From assembly GCA_965227515.1 (NCBI GenBank), contig CBDDFZ010000001.1, forward strand, positions 320,001-384,000: 64,000 bases of DNA, in the 5' to 3' direction. The notes under the pieces are model-generated. The model was not told the origin of the DNA and did not search any database. It saw only the letters and a program-made list of their open reading frames with translations. The position numbers were made by a program, and so were the translations under genes. The DNA is from Alphaproteobacteria bacterium. Lineage in GTDB: Bacteria; Pseudomonadota; Alphaproteobacteria; CALKHQ01. Shown one piece after another: positions 36,921 through 50,746 of this stretch. Every line of letters starts with the position of its first letter. The stretch's first letter is position 1.

Positions 36921-38288
36921 ATGGCCGACGGCAGCCGCATGGGTTCCGAGGACGCCACGGTCGGCGGGCGCATCCGCCGCTATGCCAAGGTCGGCACCGC
37001 GGTCGGCGGGCTGGCCGCCCGCATGGCCGGCAACCGTTATCTCGGCATCAAGATCGACCGCGAGAAGCACGCCGCGGACCTGCGCGCCGCCCTGGGCGGC
37101 ATCAAGGGCCCGTTGATGAAGGCGGCGCAGCTTCTCTCAACAATCCCTGACGCGCTGCCCTCCGCCTATGCCGAGGAACTGGCGTCCCTGCAGGCCAACG
37201 CACCCTCCATGGGCTGGCCGTTCGTCAAGCGGCGGATGGCCAATGAGCTTGGCCCGGACTGGGCGAGCCGGTTCGCGTCGTTCGAGCGCACCGCCGCTCA
37301 TGCCGCCTCGCTGGGCCAGGTGCACCGGGCGACGGCCAAGGACGGCACGGCGCTCGCCTGCAAGCTGCAATACCCGGACATGGCGTCGGCGGTGGAGGCC
37401 GACCTGAAGCAGCTCAAGCTCGTCTTCGGCATCTACGAGCGCTACGACAAGGCGATCGCCACCAAGCAGATCCACGCCGAGATCGCGGCCCGTCTGCGCG
37501 AGGAGCTGGACTACGTGCGCGAGCGCCGGCACATGGCGATGTACCGCACCATCCTGGCCGGCGAGGACACGGTGCATGTGCCCGATGCGGTCGACGAGCT
37601 GTCGACCGCGCGCCTGCTGACCATGAATTGGCTGGACGGCCAGGCGATGATGGACTTCGTGCGCTCCGACCCGCCGGTCGAGGCGCGCAACCAGGTCGCC
37701 TACAACATGTTCCGCGCCTGGTACGTGCCGCTCTACACCTGCGGCGTCATCCATGGCGACCCGCACCTGGGCAACTACACGGTGCGGCCGGACGGCGCGA
37801 TCAACCTGCTCGATTTCGGCTGTATCCGCGTGTTCCAGGCCAAGTTCGTGCGCGGCGTGATCGACCTCTACAAGGCGGTGCGCGACGACAACCGCGACCT
37901 GGCGGTCCACGCCTACGAGACCTGGGGTTTCGACAACCTGACCGACGAGGTGATCGACGTCCTTAACACCTGGGCGCGGTTCATCTATGCGCCGCTGCTG
38001 AACGACCGGACCCAGAAGATCGAGGAAACCAACGCCACCCGCTATGGCGCCGACGTGGCGGAGAAGGTGCACGCCGAGCTCAGGCGCATCGGCGGCGTTA
38101 CCCCGCCGCGCGAGTTCGTGTTCATGGACCGCGCCGCCGTTGGCCTTGGCTCGGTGTTCATCCACCTGAAGGCGGAGATCAACTGGTTCCGCCTGTTCCA
38201 GGACCTGATCGCCGACTTCGACGAGGACGCGGTCGCTGCCCGCCAGGCCGAGCTGATGCACCAGCACGGGCTCGACGCGCCGGCGTAG
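36921..38288 (+). CDS. AarF/ABC1/UbiB atypical kinase
   Basis: KGPLMK.AQ, AASLGQVH, EELDY, HGDPHLGN, LLDFG. Confidence 0.92.
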   Translation: MADGSRMGSEDATVGGRIRRYAKVGTAVGGLAARMAGNRYLGIKIDREKHAADLRAALGGIKGPLMKAAQLLSTIPDALPSAYAEELASLQANAPSMGWPFVKRRMANELGPDWASRFASFERTAAHAASLGQVHRATAKDGTALACKLQYPDMASAVEADLKQLKLVFGIYERYDKAIATKQIHAEIAARLREELDYVRERRHMAMYRTILAGEDTVHVPDAVDELSTARLLTMNWLDGQAMMDFVRSDPPVEARNQVAYNMFRAWYVPLYTCGVIHGDPHLGNYTVRPDGAINLLDFGCIRVFQAKFVRGVIDLYKAVRDDNRDLAVHAYETWGFDNLTDEVIDVLNTWARFIYAPLLNDRTQKIEETNATRYGADVAEKVHAELRRIGGVTPPREFVFMDRAAVGLGSVFIHLKAEINWFRLFQDLIADFDEDAVAARQAELMHQHGLDAPA

Positions 38289-38308
38289 GTGGGGCGTGAC
38301 TATTGAAT

Positions 38309-38329
38309 TGTAGTGCGATTCGCATTACA
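38309..38329. promoter_or_regulatory. Operator of DUF1778/GNAT TA locus
   Basis: TGTAGTGCG-ATT-CGCATTACA inverted repeat (1 mismatch) before the antitoxin RBS. Confidence 0.6.
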
Positions 38330-38354
38330 TCTGGCCGGAAAGGAGCCATCGGCC

Positions 38355-38663
38355 ATGCTCGACCTGCCCGACACTAACACCAGCAACGAAAAGCAGACCC
38401 GGACCACCCAGGTGCGGCATGGCGACGATTTGGCCGATCTGATCGAACGCGCATCTCGCGCGCTGGCCGTCGACAAGTCGGTGTTCCTGCGTGCCGCCAT
38501 CGCCAGCGAAGCCACCCGCGTGCTGGAGGCGCAGTCCAGGCATGTGCTGACGCCACAAGACGCGATCCGTTTTGCCGCAGCCCTCGACGCACCGCCGCCG
38601 CCGACACCGCGCGCGCTTGAGGCCGCCGAGGCCTACCGCCGCCGCGTGGTTCATGCCGACTGA
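38355..38663 (+). CDS. DUF1778 RHH antitoxin (TacA/AtaR-like)
   Basis: LIERAS..L..DKSVFL, F.AALDAPP.P..R; AGGAG RBS. Confidence 0.88.
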   Translation: MLDLPDTNTSNEKQTRTTQVRHGDDLADLIERASRALAVDKSVFLRAAIASEATRVLEAQSRHVLTPQDAIRFAAALDAPPPPTPRALEAAEAYRRRVVHAD

Positions 38664-39201
38664 CGGCAGCCCCCTTCGCATAGAGCGTTTCGACCCGACG
38701 CGGCATGTCCGCGCCGATTTCGATTGCGGGGTCGATCGCCTGAACAACTACCTCAAGCTGACCGCGCGCAAGCAACAACACGACGACCTGACCCGCGTCT
38801 ACGTCGCAGTCGCGGACGGCGATGCAGTCGTCCTTGGCTACAGCGCCATCAACCTGGGCATGATGAACGTTGGCGACCTGGCCCGCCGCCCACGTGGCGC
38901 GCCCGCACACGGCGAAATCCCGATCCTTTTTCTTGGCCAGGTGGCCGTGTCCGCCCAGGCACAAGGGCAAGGCATCGGCGGGATCTTGATGCACCACGTG
39001 TTCGAGAAAGCGTGCACAATAGCCGATCAGGCTGGCTGCCACGCCATCGTGCTCGACGTCATGGCCGACGGGGGCGACGAGGCCTTCGAACGGCGGAAGG
39101 CGTGGTATCGCGCCTTCGGCTTCCAGCCCTTTGCCAGCAACACCGCCCGCATGTTCATGGTGATGAAGCAGGTACGCGCGATTACGGGACATGGGCGGTA
39201 G
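38653..39201 (+). CDS. GNAT acetyltransferase toxin (TacT/AtaT-like)
   Basis: FDCGVDRLNNYLK, LGQVAVS..AQGQGIG, WYRAFGF; overlaps the antitoxin. Confidence 0.88.
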   Translation: MPTDGSPLRIERFDPTRHVRADFDCGVDRLNNYLKLTARKQQHDDLTRVYVAVADGDAVVLGYSAINLGMMNVGDLARRPRGAPAHGEIPILFLGQVAVSAQAQGQGIGGILMHHVFEKACTIADQAGCHAIVLDVMADGGDEAFERRKAWYRAFGFQPFASNTARMFMVMKQVRAITGHGR

Positions 39202-39284
39202 CCCGGGTGGAGCGTAGCGCAACCCGGGGATCGGACGCCGGTCAGTGGATCAACCCGGGTTTCGTTTCACCTCATCCGGGCTAC
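39198..39284. repeat. GTAG-type REP pair
   Basis: GTAGCCCGGGTGGAGCGTAGCGCAACCCGGG ... CCCGGGTTTCGTTTCACCTCATCCGGGCTAC. Confidence 0.88.
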
Positions 39285-40170
39285 GGCCGGTCGCGGGCGC
39301 GGCCGGCTTGAACGCGTTCACCAGCAGGATGCCGGCGAAGATGACGCCGATGGCGCCCCACACCCAGCCGCTGGGCACCTCGTCGAACATCAAGTAGCCG
39401 ACGATCAGACCCGATGCGGCGATCATGTAGCTGATCTGGCTGAAATAGACCGGTCCTGCCAACCGCTGCAGCTCGAAATACAGGATGAAGATGACGCCGG
39501 ACGCGACCATGACGCCGATGGTCGCCCAGTCCCCGTCGTGCTCCACCGGCAGCGGCAGGTAAAAGTCGCCGGTGACGGCCATGACCGGCAGCAGCCACAG
39601 TGCGGCCGCGGTCAGCAGCCCCACCGCCAACGTCAGCGACGAGGCGCCGGGCGGCCAGGCCCAGGCCCGGTAGACATTACCGATGGCGAGCGCCAGCGGC
39701 ATGGTGAGCCCGATCAGGAGCCAGACATAGGCTTCCTCCGACGGCAGCGCGGACTGCGGCAGCACGATCATCAGCGTGCCGACCAGCCCGAGCCCGATGC
39801 CGGCCGCGCGCAGCAGCACCCAACGCTCCAGCCCGACCGCGAACGCGATCCCATAGGTGAACAGCGGCGACAGCGCGTAGAGCACGCCGGTCAGCCCGGC
39901 GCCGATGGGCACCACCACCAGAAACGCCAGGCTGTTGGAGTAGGCGTTCGAGATCAGCCCCGAGATCGCGTAGTAGCGCAGGTAGCGCGCGCCAAGCTCG
40001 ATGCGCTGGCCGCGCAGCAGGGTGAGCGCGGTGATCGAGACCGCTCCGCCGACGCAGGTCCAGAACGCGAAGGCGATGGGCGGCACGCCGAGCGGGATCG
40101 CGATCTTGCCCATACCGAGCATGACGCCCCACAACCCGCCAAGGACGATCAGGATGACGAGGGGGAGCAT
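39250..40170 (-). CDS. DMT/EamA family transporter
   Basis: ~10 TM, LSPLFT, GPVYFSQISY, DEVP. Confidence 0.88.
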   Translation of the reverse strand: MLPLVILIVLGGLWGVMLGMGKIAIPLGVPPIAFAFWTCVGGAVSITALTLLRGQRIELGARYLRYYAISGLISNAYSNSLAFLVVVPIGAGLTGVLYALSPLFTYGIAFAVGLERWVLLRAAGIGLGLVGTLMIVLPQSALPSEEAYVWLLIGLTMPLALAIGNVYRAWAWPPGASSLTLAVGLLTAAALWLLPVMAVTGDFYLPLPVEHDGDWATIGVMVASGVIFILYFELQRLAGPVYFSQISYMIAASGLIVGYLMFDEVPSGWVWGAIGVIFAGILLVNAFKPAAPATGRSPDEVKRNPG

Positions 40171-40256
40171 GGGGTGTTGGTAGCAGGTCGGGACGGGCGG
40201 CGCATTTTCATCGCCATAGCACTATTTCGGGCGCGTGGTGTGTTCTTGCTGCCCTT

Positions 40257-40343
40257 GTAGCCCGGATGGAGCGCAGCGCAATCCGGGAAGCGGCGGGGCA
40301 CCAAGGACTCACCCCGGATTTCACTTCGTTCCATCCGGGCTAC
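40257..40343. repeat. GTAG-type REP pair
   Basis: GTAGCCCGGATGGAGCGCAGCGCAATCCGGG ... CCCGGATTTCACTTCGTTCCATCCGGGCTAC. Confidence 0.9.
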
Positions 40344-40347
40344 GGCT

Positions 40348-43970
<3,623 letters not shown>

Positions 43971-43974
<4 letters not shown>

Positions 43975-44693
43975 TTCCAGGCCAGCAGTTGGATGCCACC
44001 GCGCGTGAACCGTTTGAACTCGGTCCGCGAGAAGCCGACCCGCTCAAGGAATTTGCCGATGTTCGCCCTGGTGAAGTAGAGCCGGTGATCCGGCGCGCCC
44101 AGGTCGCGGGTGACCGCGGTGCCGAAACGGTACTCGTTCAGATCGGGCGTGGTCAGGTATAGCACACCGCCCGGCGCCAGCAGCTCGTGCAGGCGGCGCG
44201 CGAAGGCGGTCACATCGAAGGTGTGCTCGATCACCTCCGAGCAGTAGATGCCGTGAAACGTGCGGTCGGTCTCGAACTCTTCCAAGGGCGTGTTGGCGAA
44301 GCGGTAGTCCGGATAGGTCCGCGCCGCATGGTCGCGCAGGATCTGGCTCAGCTCCACGCCCTCCGCCTCCAGCCCCAGATCGTGCGCGGCGGCGACGAAA
44401 ATGCCGACGTTGGACCCAACATCCAGCAACCGGGGGCCCTCCATCCGCCGCTTCAGATAGGCGGCGCGGCGCCGGGAACGGGCGTACTTGCGCTTCAGCT
44501 TGGTCTGGTAGCCGGCGATGTAGTCGCGCGCGACCTGGTCGTAGTCCAGCGGCGGATCGGTCGGCGTCGACGCCGCCTCATCCAGGCAGGCGTAGCCGCT
44601 CGACGGGTAGATCATCCATTGGAAACCGCGCTGGACCACCAGCGGGCGGCGCTCGGTGGCACCGGAGATGGGGCAGGCGGGCGGTTCAGTCAC
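43971..44693 (-). CDS. Class I SAM-dependent methyltransferase
   Basis: LLDVGSNVG, SEVIEH, LAPGGVLYLTTP; ATGA overlap with oplA. Confidence 0.85.
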
Positions 44694-44793
44694 GGGCGAA
44701 AGGCGTGTCCTTGCTTGCGTTATGAAGGGCGACGGGCATATTGGCCCAGGTGGCACCCCTTGGGGTGTAGCGCTTTATGGAAGACGGTCAATA

Positions 44794-45600
44794 GTGCAAA
44801 TCTTCGGCAAACTGTTCGGTGCGGCGGCGGGGTTCGCCATCGGCGGCCCGCTGGGCGCGCTGCTGGGCGGCATGGCCGGTCACGTCGCCGACGAGATCCA
44901 GCGCGATCCGGAGGACGGGCGCGGGGCCGCCAACGACCAGGACCGGATCGGCCAGCAGGATACTCGGTCCGGTGACCGCAGCGGCCCGTTCGACGCGCGC
45001 CAGTCCGCCAAGCCGGTCGCCTTCACCATCGCCGTCATCGTGCTCGGCGCCAAGCTCGCCAAGGCCGACGGCCATGTGACCAAGGACGAGGTCGCCGCCT
45101 TCAAGGAAATCTTCCACATCCCGGCCAGCGAGGCGCGCAATGTGGGCCGCCTGTTCAACCAGGCGCGCAAGGACAGCCGGGGCTTCGAGCCCTATGCCCG
45201 CCAGATCCAGCGCATGTTCCGCGACAACCCGCGGGTGCTGGAGGAACTGATCGACGCCCTGTTCCACATCGCCCGCGCCGACGGCACGGTCGGCGACGAG
45301 GAACTGACGTTCCTGCGCCGGGTCGCCGAGTTGTTCGGTTTCGGCGACCGTGATTTCGAACGGATGCGGGCCGCCAATCTGGGCCCGAGCGCCGACGATC
45401 CCTACCAGGTGCTTGGCCTGACGCACGATGCCAGCGACGACGAGTTGAAGTCCGCCTATCGCCAGCTGGTGCGCGAAAACCACCCGGACACGCTGGTCGC
45501 CCAGGGCCTGCCCGACGAGTTCGTCGAAATGGCGAACGAGAAGCTCGCCACCATCAACAACGCCTACGACCGCATCCGCAAGCAGCGCGATAGTTCCTGA
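44794..45600 (+). CDS. djlA: DjlA-type co-chaperone (TerB-like + J domain)
   Basis: N-terminal GGPLGALLG anchor, AKLAKADG, HPD motif. Confidence 0.9.
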   Translation: MQIFGKLFGAAAGFAIGGPLGALLGGMAGHVADEIQRDPEDGRGAANDQDRIGQQDTRSGDRSGPFDARQSAKPVAFTIAVIVLGAKLAKADGHVTKDEVAAFKEIFHIPASEARNVGRLFNQARKDSRGFEPYARQIQRMFRDNPRVLEELIDALFHIARADGTVGDEELTFLRRVAELFGFGDRDFERMRAANLGPSADDPYQVLGLTHDASDDELKSAYRQLVRENHPDTLVAQGLPDEFVEMANEKLATINNAYDRIRKQRDSS

Positions 45601-45603
45601 GCT

Positions 45604-47406
45604 ATGGCGGCTGCGCCCCTTCTGTCGTTGCGCGATGTGCGCCTGAGCCTGGGCGGCCATCTGGTCTTCGCCGGCATCGACCTGCACCTGGCCGCCGGCG
45701 AGCGGGTGGCGCTGGTGGGTCGCAACGGCGCCGGCAAGTCGACCCTGTTCCGGCTGCTCTCCGGCGAGACCCAGCCCGACGCCGGTACCCGCTATGTCGA
45801 GCCCGGCACCGCCATCGGCGTGCTGGAACAGGACCCGGTGTTGCCCAAGGGGTCTACCGTCGCGGACTACGTTGGCGGCAACGATGGCGGCGACACGTTC
45901 GAGCCGCACGAGGTCGACACCGTGCTGGCGGCGGTGGGGCTGCCGGGCGACCGGCTGGTCGATGGGCTGTCCGGCGGCGAGGCGCGCCGCGCGGCCCTGG
46001 CGCACGCCCTGTTGCGCGGCCGCGACGTGCTGCTGCTGGACGAGCCGACCAACCACCTGGACATCCAGATGATCGAGTGGCTGGAGCGGCGGCTCGCCAG
46101 CTTCCGGGGGGCCGCGCTGGTGGTGAGCCACGACCGCGCCTTCCTGCGCGCGATCTCCAACCGCAGCGCCTGGATCGACCTGGCGACCCTGATGACCAGC
46201 CCGCACGGCTTCGACAGGTTCGAGGCGTGGCAGGAGGAGACCTATTCCGCCCGCGAGGCCGAGGGCGCGAAGCTGCGCCAGCACCTGAAGGCGGAGGAGC
46301 GCTACCTGCAGCGCGGCGTGACCGCCCGGCGCAAGCGCAACCAGGGTCGGCTGGCCAAGCTGGCGGAGCTACGCCAGGCGGTGGCGGCGCGGCGCACCGG
46401 CGCCGACATCAAGATGGAGCTGGCGTCGGGCGGCCACCGCGGCAAGGTGATGGTCGAAGCCGAGGACCTGACCAAGAGTTTCGAGACCCCGGCCGGCCGG
46501 CTGACCGTGGTGGAGGGCTTCTCCACCCGCATCATGCGCGGCGACCGGGTCGGCATCATCGGCCCCAATGGTGCGGGCAAGACCACGCTGGTGAAGCTGT
46601 TGACCGGCGAGCTGGCGCCTGACGCCGGCATCGTCAAGCGGGCCGAGGGGCTGGCGGTCGCCACCTTCGACCAGCGCCGGGCGGACCTGGCCCTGGACGA
46701 CACGCCGTGGGAGGCGCTGTGCCCCGCCGGCGGCGACACCGTGTTCGTAAATGGCCGCGCCAAGCACGTCGTCTCCTACCTGCGCGACTTCCTGTTCGAC
46801 GAGGCACAAGCCCACGCCAAGATCTCCACGCTGTCCGGCGGTGAGCGCGCCCGGCTGGCGCTGGCCCGCCAGTTCACCATCGCCGCCGACCTGCTGGTGC
46901 TGGACGAGCCGACCAACGACCTCGACATGGAAACACTCGACCTGCTGCAGGAGATTCTGGCCGACTATGACGGCACCCTGATCCTGATCAGCCACGACCG
47001 CGACTTCCTCGACCGTCTGGTCACCTCCACCATCGCCATGGAGGGCGGCGGCAAGGCCGAGGAGTTCGTCGGCGGCTACAGCGACTACATCCGCCAGCGC
47101 ACGCCGAAAGCGGAATCGAAGGCCACGCGCAAGGCATCGCCCAAGGCCGCCGAGAAGCCGCGCAAGGCGGCACGCCTCAGCTACAAGGACCAGCGCGCGC
47201 TGGAGCAGACCACCGCGGAGATCGACCGCCTGACCGGCCGCCTGAAGGCGCTGGACGACCTGCTGGCCGATGCGGACCTGTTCGGCCGCGACCCGGACAA
47301 GTTCCACCGCGCTGTCGCCGAGCACGCCGAAGTGGCCGAGGCTCTCGCCGCCGCCGAGGATCGTTGGCTGGAGCTGGAGGCGATAAAAGAGGCGCTGGCC
47401 GGGTGA
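45604..47406 (+). CDS. uup: ABC-F ATPase Uup
   Basis: Two ABC domains (GRNGAGKS, GPNGAGKT), ARRKRNQGRL linker, LSYKDQR...EDRWLELE C-terminus. Confidence 0.92.
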   Translation: MAAAPLLSLRDVRLSLGGHLVFAGIDLHLAAGERVALVGRNGAGKSTLFRLLSGETQPDAGTRYVEPGTAIGVLEQDPVLPKGSTVADYVGGNDGGDTFEPHEVDTVLAAVGLPGDRLVDGLSGGEARRAALAHALLRGRDVLLLDEPTNHLDIQMIEWLERRLASFRGAALVVSHDRAFLRAISNRSAWIDLATLMTSPHGFDRFEAWQEETYSAREAEGAKLRQHLKAEERYLQRGVTARRKRNQGRLAKLAELRQAVAARRTGADIKMELASGGHRGKVMVEAEDLTKSFETPAGRLTVVEGFSTRIMRGDRVGIIGPNGAGKTTLVKLLTGELAPDAGIVKRAEGLAVATFDQRRADLALDDTPWEALCPAGGDTVFVNGRAKHVVSYLRDFLFDEAQAHAKISTLSGGERARLALARQFTIAADLLVLDEPTNDLDMETLDLLQEILADYDGTLILISHDRDFLDRLVTSTIAMEGGGKAEEFVGGYSDYIRQRTPKAESKATRKASPKAAEKPRKAARLSYKDQRALEQTTAEIDRLTGRLKALDDLLADADLFGRDPDKFHRAVAEHAEVAEALAAAEDRWLELEAIKEALAG

Positions 47407-47430
47407 CTCACCGTCTCGCAACCGCAGGTT

Positions 47431-47599
47431 CGTCGTCCTCGCCCTTGTGGCGAGGACCCATCGTCGTCCAGTACTCCAACCCATCCGTGCGCGTACCAAG
47501 CCTCCGCGGCAGCCCCGAGTCCGTCGGCAAAGACCAACCTCATCGGCAACGATCGCGCTGCCACTGGCATAGGCCCTCGCAACAAGTGCGAGGGCGACG
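47431..47599. repeat. CGTC-type REP pair (long form)
   Basis: CGTCGTCCTCGCCCTTGTGGCGAGGACCCA ... TAGGCCCTCGCAACAAGTGCGAGGGCGACG. Confidence 0.88.
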
Positions 47600-47685
47600 A
47601 TGGGGGGTTGCGAAAAGGGAGTTGATAAAGGCGGGATGTGTGACTGCCGTAGGCAAGAGACTGAGGACGCCAGGGTGAGGCTGCG

Positions 47686-48390
47686 GTGAGCCTCTTCGAT
47701 ATCAACCGCTTCCGGGTGGTCGACCGCCCCTCGCCCTCGTTCAATGAACGGCGTGGCGGCGGGCCCATTGACACACTGGTGCTGCACTACACCGGCATGC
47801 TGTCGTGCGAGGCGGCGCTGGAGCGGCTGTGCGATCCCGAGGTCGAGGCCAGCGCCCACTACACGGTGGACGAGGACGGCACCATCTACGCCCAGGTCGA
47901 CGAGGCCCAGCGCGCCTGGCATGCCGGCGCGTCCCACTGGCGCGGCGCCACCGACGTGAACAGCCGCGCCGTCGGCATCGAGATCGTCAATCCCGGCCAC
48001 GAATGGGGCTACCGCCCGTTTCCGCCGCCGCAAATGGCCGCCGTCATCGCGCTTTGCCAGGGCATTCTCTCGCGCCACCCGATCCCGCCGCGCAATGTGG
48101 TGGCGCATTCCGACATCGCGCCCTCGCGCAAGGAGGACCCCGGCGAACTGTTCGACTGGCCCCGGCTCGCCCGCGCCGGCATCGGGCTCTGGCCGCAGCC
48201 GGGCGAAACACCGACGGACGAGGGCGCGCGATTGCTGGCCGCCGCCTTGGACGCCGTCGACCATGGCGACGCCACGGCCCAGGCCGCCGCGCTTGGCGCC
48301 TACGGCTATGGTGTTGAGGACTACGGGTTGGAGGCCTGCCTGATCGCCTTTCGCCGCCGCTACCGCCCGTGGTGTATCCTGTCCCGGTGA
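47686..48390 (+). CDS. N-acetylmuramoyl-L-alanine amidase (Amidase_2, AmpD/AmiD-like)
   Basis: VLHYTG, SAHY, RAWHAG, GIEIVN, HSDIAP.RK.DPG. Confidence 0.92.
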   Translation: MSLFDINRFRVVDRPSPSFNERRGGGPIDTLVLHYTGMLSCEAALERLCDPEVEASAHYTVDEDGTIYAQVDEAQRAWHAGASHWRGATDVNSRAVGIEIVNPGHEWGYRPFPPPQMAAVIALCQGILSRHPIPPRNVVAHSDIAPSRKEDPGELFDWPRLARAGIGLWPQPGETPTDEGARLLAAALDAVDHGDATAQAAALGAYGYGVEDYGLEACLIAFRRRYRPWCILSR

Positions 48391-48408
48391 GACTCGGGGA
48401 TAGCGCCG

Positions 48409-49851
48409 ATGACTGCTGACACACTGATCTACATCCTTATCGCGATCGCCGCGGTGACTCTGGTGCTGGTGGTGGTGCACCTGCTGACCGCGGGCCGGCG
48501 CGGCGGTTTCGATTCGGCCCCCCTGCTCGGCCGGTTCGACGCGCTGGCGGAGGCATCCGAGCGTGCCGAACGCAGCCTGGTGTCGCAGTTCACCGACCGC
48601 AGCAAGCAGGACCTGGAGCAGGCGAAGGAACTGCGCGGCGAGCTGCGCGAGACCTTCACGTCCTACGGCAAGTCGGTGGCCGACCAGGTGGAGCAGATCC
48701 GCAAGGCGCAAAAGGACCAGCTCGACGTGTTCTCCGAGCGCCTGTCGGAAAGCCTGCAGGCATCCGCCCGGCGCATGACCGACATGATGGAGGGCATGGA
48801 CAAGCAGCACGTGGCGCTGCGCACCCAGCTTGATGCCAAGCTGAAGGAACTGCGCGAGGAGAACGCCAAGAAGCTCGACGAGATGCGCCAGACCGTCGAC
48901 GAAAAGCTGCAGGGCGCGCTGGAGAAGCGGCTGGGCGAGGCCTTCAAGCAGGTGTCGGAGCGGTTGGAGAAGGTGCATCAGGGCCTGGGCGAGATGCAGA
49001 CCCTGGCGTCGGGCGTCGGCGACCTGAAGAAGCTCCTCACCAACGTCAAGACCCGCGGCGGCTGGGGCGAGATGCAGCTCCGCGCGCTGCTGGAGGAGAT
49101 GCTGACGCCCGACCAATACGCGGTCGAGGCGCCGGTGCGCGAGAACAGCCAGGAGCGGGTCGACTTCGCGATCCGCCTGCCCGGCCGCGACGACGCCGAC
49201 GAGACCCCGGTCCTGCTACCGATCGACGCAAAGTTCCCGCGCGAGGACTACGAACGGCTGGTCGACGCCGCCGAGGCCGCCGATCAGGTGGCGATGGAGG
49301 CCGCGTCAAAGGCGCTGGAAGCCCAGGTCAAGGAATCCGCCAAGAGCATCGCGCAGAAATACATCCACCCGCCCGGTACCACCGATTTCGCTGTGATGTA
49401 CCTGCCGACCGAGGGCCTGTTCGCCGAAGTGGTGCGCCGTCCCGGGCTGGTCGACCAGGTGCAACGCGCCCACCGGGTGGTGATCGCCGGGCCGACCACC
49501 TTCGCCGCCATCCTGAACAGCCTGCAGATGGGCTTCCGCACGCTGGCGATCCAGAAGCGCTCCGGCGAGGTGTGGCAGGTGCTGGGCGCGGTGAAGCACG
49601 AGTTCGGCCTGTTCGGCGAGGTGCTGGGCAAAGTGAAGAAGAAGCTGCAGGAAGCCAGCAACCACATGGACAAGGTGGACGTGCGCAGCCGCGCGCTGAC
49701 CCGCAAGCTCAGGAACGTCGAGGAACTGCCGTCGGCCGATGCCGGCACCGTGCTGCGGCTCGCCCCGATGGTGGGCGACGAACCGCCGGAGGACGAGTCA
49801 TCGGGGGATGGCGGCGACGCCGGCACAGAGCGCGAGGAACTGACGGGGTAG
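48409..49851 (+). CDS. rmuC: DNA recombination protein RmuC
   Basis: N-terminal TM, coiled coil, RGGWGE, IDAKFP, TTDFAVMYLP.EG. Confidence 0.93.
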   Translation: MTADTLIYILIAIAAVTLVLVVVHLLTAGRRGGFDSAPLLGRFDALAEASERAERSLVSQFTDRSKQDLEQAKELRGELRETFTSYGKSVADQVEQIRKAQKDQLDVFSERLSESLQASARRMTDMMEGMDKQHVALRTQLDAKLKELREENAKKLDEMRQTVDEKLQGALEKRLGEAFKQVSERLEKVHQGLGEMQTLASGVGDLKKLLTNVKTRGGWGEMQLRALLEEMLTPDQYAVEAPVRENSQERVDFAIRLPGRDDADETPVLLPIDAKFPREDYERLVDAAEAADQVAMEAASKALEAQVKESAKSIAQKYIHPPGTTDFAVMYLPTEGLFAEVVRRPGLVDQVQRAHRVVIAGPTTFAAILNSLQMGFRTLAIQKRSGEVWQVLGAVKHEFGLFGEVLGKVKKKLQEASNHMDKVDVRSRALTRKLRNVEELPSADAGTVLRLAPMVGDEPPEDESSGDGGDAGTEREELTG

Positions 49852-49872
49852 GCACAACGCCAACCCCATTCT

Positions 49873-49964
49873 TGTCATGCCCGCACTTGTTGCGGGCATC
49901 CACGTCTTATTGGCCGCTTGAGCGGCCATTTTCGTGGATGCTCGGGTCAAGCCCGAGCATGACG
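49873..49964. repeat. CGTC-type REP pair (short form)
   Basis: TGTCATGCCCGCACTTGTTGCGGGCATCCAC ... GTGGATGCTCGGGTCAAGCCCGAGCATGACG. Confidence 0.88.
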
Positions 49965-49979
49965 AGTTGATAGAGTTCC

Positions 49980-50672
49980 TTACAACGGCCAGGGGTAGAC
50001 CCCGAACAGCCATTGGTGGACGTGAAGCACCACCAGCCACGCCAACACGGCGCCGCCGATCCGGGCCAGGTCCCACCACGAGAAGATGGGCCGGTTGCGC
50101 CCGGCGAGCATCGCCGCGAACGGCACCCGTGAGGTAACCGCTTCCACCACATGGAAGTTGGCCTCCGGGTCGGCGCGGCGCTTGGCGTCGATGGTGTGCA
50201 TGCCGACCAGCGCCAACGCCAGCAGCCCGCCGAACAGCACCACCGAGCCGACATCGCCATTGGCGAGCAAATGCGCCAGCGCCCACAGCGCGATGGCGCA
50301 CAGCACCGGGTGGCGCGCGATCGCCTTGAACAGCGGCAACCGCACCGGCCCGCCGTCGCGCGGCGGATCGTCGGGCAATGCCGGCATCCGGGTCGATTCG
50401 CCACCGATCAGCAGGATGAAGCCGAGCGGCACCAGGATATTGGCGACCCACACCGCCCACGGCCAGTACCACAGCATCTGCGGCATCGCCTCGCGGTGGC
50501 CGAGGCCGATCAGCACCAGCAGCACCAGCGCCAGCAGGGCATAGGCACCGCGATAGCCGTTGGCGCCCAACCGCGCGATCAAGCGCCCGCGGATCGCCGG
50601 CGACGCCAGCACCAGGTGCGAACCGACGAATGCCGCCGTCGCCACGATCAACAGGATCAGCCAGCCATCCAT
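49980..50672 (-). CDS. NnrU family membrane protein
   Basis: FVGSH, RHPVL, WALAHLLANGD, TSRVPFAA. Confidence 0.88.
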   Translation of the reverse strand: MDGWLILLIVATAAFVGSHLVLASPAIRGRLIARLGANGYRGAYALLALVLLVLIGLGHREAMPQMLWYWPWAVWVANILVPLGFILLIGGESTRMPALPDDPPRDGGPVRLPLFKAIARHPVLCAIALWALAHLLANGDVGSVVLFGGLLALALVGMHTIDAKRRADPEANFHVVEAVTSRVPFAAMLAGRNRPIFSWWDLARIGGAVLAWLVVLHVHQWLFGVYPWPL

Positions 50673-50746
50673 TGTACTTCGCTCCACCGCCAAGACTGTT
50701 GCTGAAGTATGTACTATGAAGCCTAAACCAAAGAGGGCGCGGCGCT

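Noticed and set aside
48300-48390. Short C-terminus of the amidase suggesting a pseudogene
   Set aside because: Catalytic domain is intact and no frameshift is evident; probably natural variation
46369-49116. 915-aa minus-strand ORF (and similar long shadow ORFs such as 41230..44079 and 16125..18548 N-part)
   Set aside because: Antisense shadows of well-supported genes in high-GC DNA with no domain motifs
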